DNA of 20,000 nt from Neovahlkampfia damariscottae (lineage: Eukaryota), in contig JABLTG010000105.1 of assembly GCA_016618085.1 (NCBI GenBank), positions 49,082-69,081 on the forward strand, read 5' to 3'. Shown here piece by piece: positions 11,350 to 18,858 of the stretch. Numbering within the stretch: the first letter of the stretch is position 1; each line of letters opens with the position of its first letter. The position numbers and the translations under genes are program-made. Below the pieces are notes generated by a model. It searched no databases, was not told the origin of the DNA, and saw nothing but the letters and a program-made list of their open reading frames with translations.

Positions 11350-12453
11350 AATGTTTACTCAATGATGATAAAATATCTGTCCACCATTCTTCATTTAACC
11401 AAAAGAAATGACCTTTATCTTCAACTTCAATTAAATGTGAAAATTCAATTTTTTTTTGAAATCTTCGAACTAATTTAATTGGAATTAATTGATTCTTTTT
11501 TCCATGATAAATGTAAATTGGTATTTTTGTTGGATTGGAAAACCAATCAAATTTCCATTCACTCCTTTCTAAAATTAATTCTCTGACAACTTCTTTCACT
11601 CCATAAATTTCCATTCCTTCTCTAAGATTTGGAATACAATTTTGTAAATAAATCTTCAATTCTTCACCTTCAAATGGATACAATTTTTCACTGTCTCGAA
11701 TTACTAATGAAGTATAACTTTGAGGTTCTGAAAATACAGTTTTGTACAAATCATTATATAAGAAAAATCTCAATAGAAATGGAAAATATCTTTCATGAAA
11801 ATTAATAATTCAAATTGAATTTACTTTGTCAAAAACCAAGTATCTTTCAAATGAGATGAAAATTCGTCATGAGGTAAAATTGAATATGGCAATTCTGGTG
11901 ATAATAATGCACATGAAATAACTCTATCTGGATATTTACTACATAATGACAACATATATGGACATCCTGAATTCAGACCACAAATTGAAAAAAAATTGAT
12001 TTTAAAACAATCCAATAATTCAATTACATCATCAGCAAATGAAATATAATTTCTATTTTCATCAATTTCTGATTTTCCATAACCAGGTCGATCTATATTT
12101 ATCATTCTAAATCCAAACTTTTTTATGATATTATCATTTGGATGTTTTTCTTTTCTACAACTTCCTAACGAATGAAAAAAAATGATGACTTTTGGTGATG
12201 TTGTTTCACCGTATTCTTCATAAGATAAAAATCTACCACTTTTCATCAGGATTCCTTTCACACTGCTTTCCATATTTTTGTTCTTTTTTTTGGTAAAATA
12301 TTTCAAAATTTTGGATAAAAAATAAATTGAGAAACTTGAAGCCATTGATATTTTAACTACTGACCAAAAATCTATGTTCTGAACATACAACAATTTGTAA
12401 AGTTTGGACACAACCATTTCTTTATAATCCTGGAAACTCAGTGTTGTGTTCAT
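11339..12453 (-). CDS. Alpha/beta-hydrolase fold protein with N-terminal hydrophobic segment, likely catalytically altered
   Basis: GRFLSYEEYG, IFFHSLGS, IDRPGYGKS, IYIYHG, DKGHFF; one GT-AG intron (~11790-11824) joins the two ORFs. Confidence 0.85.
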
Positions 12454-12563
12454 TGAGCAGGATTTTGATGAATTGGTTTGATTGGACCTCGTTGGAAGTA
12501 AACCTTGTGTCCTTTGATGTAGGTACGTAATTGTATGAAGAATTCATTTGTTACTTCAAGGAG

Positions 12564-12636
12564 GCCCGGCTAGCTCAGTCGGTAGAGCGTTAGGCTTTTA
12601 ACCTAACGGTCGCGGGTTCGAGCCCCGCGTCGGGCT
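12564..12636 (+). tRNA. tRNA-Lys (anticodon TTT)
   Basis: Cloverleaf: acceptor GCCCGGC/GTCGGGC, D-arm GCTC/GAGC, anticodon arm TTAGG-CTTTTAA-CCTAA, T-loop TTCGAGC; T-run terminator at ~12644. Confidence 0.97.
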
Positions 12637-12762
12637 TATATCATTTTTTCTTAATGAAAAGATTTTTTTTTTTTAAGAATTTACAGATTTAAAGAAAGAG
12701 TAAGCCATTTTACAAAATAACGAGTGGCAATTCCTTTTGACGCAGCTTGACAATTTCTGGGC

Positions 12763-12770
12763 TCCCATAA
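12763..12770 (+). promoter_or_regulatory. USE/DUSE-like snRNA-type upstream promoter element (TCCCATAA)
   Basis: Exact match to the Dictyostelium DUSE consensus WCCCAYAA and similar to plant USE RTCCCACATCG. Lies 63-56 nt upstream of the start of a structured RNA, the usual spacing, with an A/T-rich box at about -30. Confidence 0.55.
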
Positions 12771-12825
12771 TAATATATTTTTGCTCCAATTTGGAAAATA
12801 AAAATTTTTTTGAACTTAGTTTACA

Positions 12826-13066
12826 GACCAAGAAGAGAGCTCTCCAACAATATTGTATGAGAAAACGTTCAAAAAGGTGACACTAATGTCTGACTAACTC
12901 TCTGGTTTAGAACTCCTTGAATCTTAGTATCTACTGGTACGAACTACATCAAGTTGAGTTCCCTTTTGAATGGTCTTGGTTAAAGGTTGAAGTGGTGGTG
13001 GGTATGGTAGATATTTATTTGTGAGCATTTAAATTTCTAAATGCTGATACCGCCGCCAACCTTTTT
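12826..13066 (+). ncRNA. Unassigned ~240-nt structured RNA, probable Pol III transcript
   Basis: Several nested helices seen by eye, G-U wobbles in the 3' stem favouring the + strand, an upstream USE-like element, a T8 terminator, and no credible ORF. Confidence 0.65.
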
Positions 13067-13069
13067 TTT
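13062..13069 (+). terminator. Pol III-type T8 terminator of the candidate ncRNA
   Basis: TTTTTTTT starts at the base of the 3' terminal stem (AAAGGTTG 12982-12989 / CAACCTTT 13057-13064). Confidence 0.55.
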
Positions 13070-13128
13070 AGTTGGAAAGTGTTTGTTGGAAAATTGACCA
13101 ATAGAAAAACAAAATTGGCTTTTAGAAG

Positions 13129-13680
13129 ATGAGTTCAATTGATGAAGTTTATCAAACTGAATCTTTGGACGAAGAATTAAGTATGTTTCCAACAAAAACA
13201 TCATTCGACATTGATGCATCTAAAGTACAACCATTAGATTCAAATCAACCAATCTTTGAAATAAAACCTGAGAAAAACCCAAAATTCGAATACATTTTCA
13301 CAGAAAAAGAACAGCATATACAAAAATTAGAAAAACAACTGGATAAAGTCAAAGATAAACCAAAAACATATCCTGAAAATGAATTACCACCAGAAGAATT
13401 TTATGAAGAAGATGAACCTGAAAATCAGTCTTTTTTACCTTCGGATAATGGAGTTTTAAAGAAAGGAATGATTAAAAGAGATTATTCAATTGATATAGAT
13501 TCAGAAGAAATGGTAGTTTTCCAAAAACCTAAAGATGACTTTTATGACGCTGATGATGAATACAAAGCAAAAAAGAAAAAAAGTTTCTGCTCAATGTTAT
13601 TTTCATGTCTTTGGAAAACTCCAGAAGAAGAATTATTTTTAGATTTTGATGATTATGATAGAGTAGAAGATGATATCTAA
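13129..13680 (+). CDS. Acidic hypothetical protein with short coiled coil (possibly CCDC32-like)
   Basis: Intact 183-aa ORF preceded by a CCAAT box; coiled-coil segment HIQKLEKQLDKVKDK; Cys pair after a basic patch (KKKKSFCSMLFSCLW). Confidence 0.7.
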   Translation: MSSIDEVYQTESLDEELSMFPTKTSFDIDASKVQPLDSNQPIFEIKPEKNPKFEYIFTEKEQHIQKLEKQLDKVKDKPKTYPENELPPEEFYEEDEPENQSFLPSDNGVLKKGMIKRDYSIDIDSEEMVVFQKPKDDFYDADDEYKAKKKKSFCSMLFSCLWKTPEEELFLDFDDYDRVEDDI

Positions 13681-13797
13681 AAAAAAAAAACTGTACACTA
13701 TCAAAAGTCTATTCAATAAACTGTCAAGTTATTAAAGAATTCTCTTAATCACTCAACTCAAAAAAATTATACACAATTTATTCAATTTCAGTTTTTT

Positions 13798-15550
13798 TTA
13801 TTTAAAAAATGAATGAGTGACAATTGGATCACCATGTGGACAATCAAGATCTCCTTCATGTATTAAAGGTGTAAATCTCATAATTTCCTTTTTAATTTTT
13901 TGGATTTCTTGTAAAATTGATTTAATTTTCAAGTCATTTCCTTTTGCTTCAAATTTCATTTTTTCCAACCTGTCAGCTTCCAACTCGAAAGAAATATATT
14001 TCATCCAAAATGCTCTATCAAATGATTTCAACAAATTGAATTCGTCTGACCAGTGATCTTCAAATTCTGAGTCAAGTTCGTTTAGTTGTTTCAAAAATTC
14101 ATCGAGTTGTGTGTGTGTGTTGAATTTGATTGAATCATTTGGTAAATTAAATGTTCTTTGAAATTTCTTAGAGTATTCAAATATCAATTCTGTTGATCCT
14201 TCTCTTTTAATTCTGTCTAAAAATAATCCAATCGAAAACGGAAGTTTGTATTCAACATTAATACTCTTTAACAAAGCTTCAACAAAATCTTGAGAATTTC
14301 CGAACTTTTCTTTGTTAATATTCTCTTTTTCTGAATATTTCTTCGTTGTATTCCATTTTTCAATTTCTTCTGAGACCTGTAAACCATTTAGTTTTTTTTT
14401 TTTAACAAACTGTGTTAATGATTGGCTTTACACTGTTGACTTGATATATTGCTCCGATATCTGAACTAAGAAACGCAGCAGTTGACACACATTTTCTTGG
14501 AATACATAAACCACAATCATCCCATTCAAATAACTAAGAAAATAATCAACAATAATTGGTAGGTTACCCATGGACCGATCATCAATGCAGATCTAAATTT
14601 TGATCCTAAAAATGAATATTTAAATGATGAAAGTATTGGGGAAAAAAAATCCTTCAACTTTGTTGAATCCTTCTCACTTTGCAAAAAAACAATTTTGATT
14701 TTTGCAAATTTCTTTAGTTGTTTTTGAGATATCTTCAAATCTGATTTAATCATTTCTGTGACTTGAACTGAATTTCTAAATTTTGGATCAATCTTCCAAT
14801 CATCAACTGAAAGATAATCTTCTTTTAATAAGCTTGATTGAGCCAAAACTTTTGCAAAAAGTCGTAATTCATCTTCTGAAGATGATTCTTTATGATATGT
14901 TGAATTTTTTAATTTATATAATACAAATACCCAAGGCTTCAAAAATAGTCAAAATTCTGTTTAAAAATTTACGTTTTTTGTTATCACTGTTTCATCGTTA
15001 GAAAATGGTAAAACAGCATCATAACATCCTTTTGTTTTGATAAAGTTCATGAAAGAATCATAATATAATTCGACATATATCTTTTTTTTGATTGAAAGTA
15101 ATGTTTCTTTTGGTGTTTTTGGTAAAATCCAAATTTCATCTTCTTCTTGTAATGATATTTCTGAGAAAAGTGTTTTTTTTAATTCACCACTCAAATTTAA
15201 TTCTTTCATTGATCCATTCTTTATGAACGTGTTGATAATGTAAAAAAAAGTCATTGTTGTTTCAGGTTCAAAGTCATCAGGTAATTTTTCATACAATAAT
15301 AGAAATTCGAAAGGTGCTGAAAAACGTTATTTGATTGAAAAATAATCACCTAAGTTGTATATTCCATTTAAATATTCTTCAAAGGCAGTTTTAATTTTCT
15401 CTTTTTCGAAAACGGATTGAAAGTTCAATTCAAAGCCTATTTGGCATTAGAAATAGTATTCTTTTCACCTTCCATTCCAATTTTAGGTTTGATTTTTTTC
15501 TTCATGGAATCATCAATGTCATTGGAATCAGAAACACTTTTAAACATCAT
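13798..15550 (-). CDS. RGS domain + permuted papain-like (PPPDE-like) domain fusion protein; 6 exons
   Basis: Five GT-AG introns join the fragments in frame. RGS: FQSVFEKEKIKTAFEEYL..FIKNGSMKELNLS..ELYYDSFMNFIKT. Second domain: FRSALMIGPWLFEWDDCGLCIPRKC..WNTTKKY..GNSQDFVEALL..LLKSFDRAFW..CPHGDP. Confidence 0.72.
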
Positions 15551-15774
15551 TTAAACTGTTACAACCCAACGTGTAAATTGAAGAAGTGATTTGATTGGTT
15601 GCTTTTAAAAAAAATAAACTGAAATGGTTCTACATTTTTCACAATTTCTATCAGGCAAATTTCTGTTAGTTTTCGATTGGCGGAAGTATCCAGAAATTTG
15701 GTTTTTTTTTAGGAATGTTGATTTCCTGTTTGAAACTCAAACCAATCAAACGTGACCTCCGAAATACGAAGAAA

Positions 15775-17283
15775 ATGGACAAACGTAAAATATTCAAGAA
15801 CGATGATCTCGATACTTTTTCTTCCGACGAACAAAAAACAATAGAGAATATGATGAGTAAATACTATTACTCATATCGATCAAAACAACAACAATTTTTT
15901 AAATCGTAAAAAAATAGTCATGCTCACCCAAAATATTCCTATAGAATGCAACTTCTAAAAAATGATCATATAAGATACATAAGACAGGCCTTAGATAATT
16001 TATCAATGGGTTATCAATCACTTGATGCTTCTAGGCCTTGGTTGGTACGCAAAAAAAAAAATATTGACAAAAAATATCAAGATTTACTGGAACGTACATG
16101 CTTTAGATCTTTTAGGAGTTGAACTCGAAGAAAAAATGAAAAAAAGGTTTTTAATTTTTTTTTTTTTTGAAACAAATACAGAATAATTGCTTTTCTTTCA
16201 AAATGTCAAAATGAAACAGGTGGTTTTGGAGGAGGACCTGGTCAAATGTCTCATTTAGCTCCTACTTATGCTTCAGTAAATGCTTTAACAATTTTAGGAA
16301 CTGAAGAAGCTTACGAATCAATTAACAGAAAAACACTTTATCAATTTTTAAGCAGCTTAAAAACAAAAGAAGGAGGTTTTCTTCTTCATAAAGATGGTAA
16401 ATTTTTATCCGCTCATTCAAATTTTTTAAGGTGAAATTGATGTTAGGTGAGGAAAAATAAAAATTGAAAAAAAAACAGAGGATGTTATACAGCTTTATCA
16501 GCAGCTAAATTAACAAATATTTTAGATGATGAATTGGCAAAAGGTGTTGCAGATTATATTTACCGATGTCAAACTTATGAAGGCGGAATCTCTGCTTATC
16601 CAGGCAATGAAGCACACGGAGGTTATGCATTTTGTGGATTAGCAGCCATGATGATTTTGAAAGAAACAAATAAATTGGATATTGAAAATTTAATGGTAAA
16701 AGGAATCAATTTTAAACAAATTCAATAGTATTGGTGTACAAGAAGACAAATGAGTTTTGAAGGAGGTTTTCAAGGACGTACACATAAATTAGTTGATTCT
16801 TGTTATTCATTTTGGATGGGTGGGTGTTTTCCGCTTGCACAAGCTCTCCTATATTTGCAATTGGATGAATTAACAGAAGAACAAGCAAAAATTTATTCAT
16901 ACTTACAATGGAATCCTGAAAAAGAATTAAAGATAAAATCTGTTGATAAAAATTCAACAAAAATAGAAGAATTGGATGATCCATTTCCTGAATTATTAGA
17001 TACAGAATGGTTTTTTGATCAAACTGGATTACAAGAATATATTCTCCTTTGTTGTCAAAATGAGAAAGGTGGATTAAGAGATAAACCAGGAAAATCAAGA
17101 GATTACTATCATTCATGTTATTCTTTAAGTGGTCTTTCAATTGCTCAACACAATCCAAGTGGAAGTTTATCAGTTTTAGGTGATAAGGAAAATGAATTAT
17201 GTTCAACAAATCCAATATTCAATGTATGTCGTGACAAAGTAGCAAAAATTTTGAAACATTTTTCTGATAAAGAGTTTATTTAA
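15775..17283 (+). CDS. FNTB: Protein farnesyltransferase subunit beta
   Basis: LDASRPWLIYW, GGFGGGPGQMSHLAPTYA, GEIDVRGCY, CQTYEGG, EAHGGYAFC, GRTHKLVDSCYSFW, GGLRDKPGKSRDYYHSCY; six GT-AG introns. Confidence 0.95.
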
Positions 17284-17390
17284 ATCCATCAATTTTTTGG
17301 TTAACCATTCAGCTCTTCCATCTTCCATTGACCAGCATCTAGAAATAAATTTTTTAGAAAAAGTGTTATTATATAATGTCTTCAGAAGCA

Positions 17391-17463
17391 GCTCGGTTAG
17401 CTCAGTCGGTAGAGCGTTGGTCTAATAAGCCATTGGTCACAGGTTCGATCCCTGTATCGAGCA
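17391..17463 (+). tRNA. tRNA-Ile (anticodon AAT)
   Basis: Cloverleaf: acceptor GCTCGGT/ATCGAGC, D-arm GCTC/GAGC, anticodon loop CTAATAA, T-arm ACAGG-TTCGATC-CCTGT; T5 run downstream. Confidence 0.95.
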
Positions 17464-17779
17464 TAATTTTTGGAATTCCTATGAAATGCTGTCTAATTGT
17501 TTTCTTGGGTTCCACGATACATGCTTGTCGAAAATTTGAAAGCAAAAACTTAAACCAACTGTAAGAAGATTTCACAAATTTTTTTGAAGAACAGAATGAA
17601 ACTACAATGTTGAAGATCATGAAGATAAAAAAGTGAAGAAAGAGGCTCAGGATTAAAAAAAAAATATAACACTTCATTAATTGGCTTTCGCAATAAAACA
17701 GACCAAGAGTGATTTTTTGGAAAGGTCTGATTAGAAAATATCTTCATAAGCCACTTCTCTAAATTCGTTAATAAGAACA

Positions 17780-17850
17780 TCTTCTGTAGTATAAGGGTAG
17801 TATAGTGGACTTTGAATCCATTGATCCAGGTTCGAATCCTGGCAGGAGAA
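17780..17850 (+). tRNA. tRNA-Gln (anticodon TTG)
   Basis: Acceptor TCTTCTG/CAGGAGA, anticodon arm GTGGA-CTTTGAA-TCCAT, T-arm CCAGG-TTCGAAT-CCTGG; T5 run downstream. Confidence 0.92.
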
Positions 17851-17925
17851 CTCATATTTTTGAATCTTCTCTGTTGATTGGAGCTTTGCAAGTTTTTAAC
17901 TTTGAACCAAAATTTCAAAATTTTG

Positions 17926-18522
17926 CTAAATGTTTATTTTATTTTCTGATAAAAAATCAGTGAATTTTTCTCCTGATATGAAACAATTGTATTCCAAAGT
18001 TGATAGAATTAAACATTCCAAGTAATTAAATAAGGACAATTCAATCTCGTCAGATAGTTGAAACTTTTGGTAAAATACAATGTTTCCGTCGAATCTGTCT
18101 TCCCAAAACTTAGAACTGATGATTATACACATTAAATATACAAATTTATAAAAGTTGTCAAAATTACAGTCTTCATTTTGTTGTTTGATTTCAACTGGTA
18201 AGTTTTCGACAAACACTTGAAAATAATACAAAGCAATGACATAACAAATGGGGCTACATGCCACAGTGTCAAATATTTTTTCTGAAAACTTTTCAACTTC
18301 AACTTTTCGTGGTGGAATAAATTGTTCTGTTTTTAAAATAATGTTTGAGTTGATTTTGATGAGCATTTGGTTGATGAAAGAGAGTATTGTGCTTCTTTGA
18401 TAGCTCCCAAGTTCATTTTTTGACAAAGTTGTTCTTCCTTTCTTGTGTTTGGCTATTACTTCCACCCATTTGTTCTTTTCAATGAGAGTATTGTGGATTT
18501 TTATAAGCATCGATGTCACCAT
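17926..18522 (-). CDS. PHO80/cyclin-P(U)-like cyclin
   Basis: CSPICYVIALYY, IIISSKFWEDRFDGN and FNYLECLILSTLEYNCFIS match the PHO80-type cyclin box; start is the ATG at 18522 or 18510. Confidence 0.8.
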   Translation of the reverse strand: MVTSMLIKIHNTLIEKNKWVEVIAKHKKGRTTLSKNELGSYQRSTILSFINQMLIKINSNIILKTEQFIPPRKVEVEKFSEKIFDTVACSPICYVIALYYFQVFVENLPVEIKQQNEDCNFDNFYKFVYLMCIIISSKFWEDRFDGNIVFYQKFQLSDEIELSLFNYLECLILSTLEYNCFISGEKFTDFLSENKINI

Positions 18523-18556
18523 CACCTGAGTCAACAGAAGCAATTAGAAAAGTGGT

Positions 18557-18592
18557 GGGAAATGATTGGTGGAAAAAGAGGGAAATGATTGG
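18557..18592 (-). promoter_or_regulatory. Duplicated CCAAT box (13-bp direct repeat GGGAAATGATTGG) upstream of the cyclin
   Basis: Two exact copies at 18557-18569 and 18580-18592, each containing CCAATCA on the minus strand. Confidence 0.55.
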
Positions 18593-18858
18593 CTTGTAAA
18601 AAAGAATAGAAAAAATGTAGTTTTGCTTATTATTTTACAGCAACATTCAGCAGTTTTTAGATTTGAACCAACGGTTTAAAAAAAAATTTCCTAAAGTGGA
18701 ACTTTTGTCATTTCCCAAAACAGCTTATATACGGCTAATGAATTGATGGTTATTGTGATAAAAGTGGCCAATTAGATTTAATTTTGCCAGTTATTTTTAG
18801 AATTTTTACTTGAAGTTGTTCAACTAGAAAATACTGAAAAAGATCTCAAGTATTTAAA

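Noticed and set aside
12466..12563. Box C-like TGATGA suggesting a C/D snoRNA upstream of tRNA-Lys
   Set aside because: No box D (CTGA) or terminal stem downstream, and it overlaps the hydrolase promoter CCAAT boxes.
12691..12762. Hairpin GCCATTT/GAGTGGC followed by Sm-site-like AATTTCTGG; GCCATTTTAC resembles U5 loop 1 (GCCTTTTAC)
   Set aside because: The U5-like bases sit in the stem rather than the loop, there is no convincing 3' hairpin or own upstream element, and the segment abuts the promoter element of the downstream RNA.
12924..13028. 34-codon minus-strand ORF MLTNKYLPYPPPLQPL...
   Set aside because: No recognisable motif; its sequence is explained by the base-paired ncRNA on the + strand.
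17376..17918. ORFs 17376-17564 (+), 17402-17677 (-) and 17550-17918 (-)
   Set aside because: They overlap tRNA genes and translate tRNA sequence, with no protein motif. A small spliced gene between the two tRNAs cannot be excluded but is unsupported.
18549..18767. Three AAAGTGG copies and small palindromes as possible IS607-like left-end repeats
   Set aside because: Too short and irregularly spaced in AT-rich DNA; the element boundary cannot be defined without sister copies or the right end.
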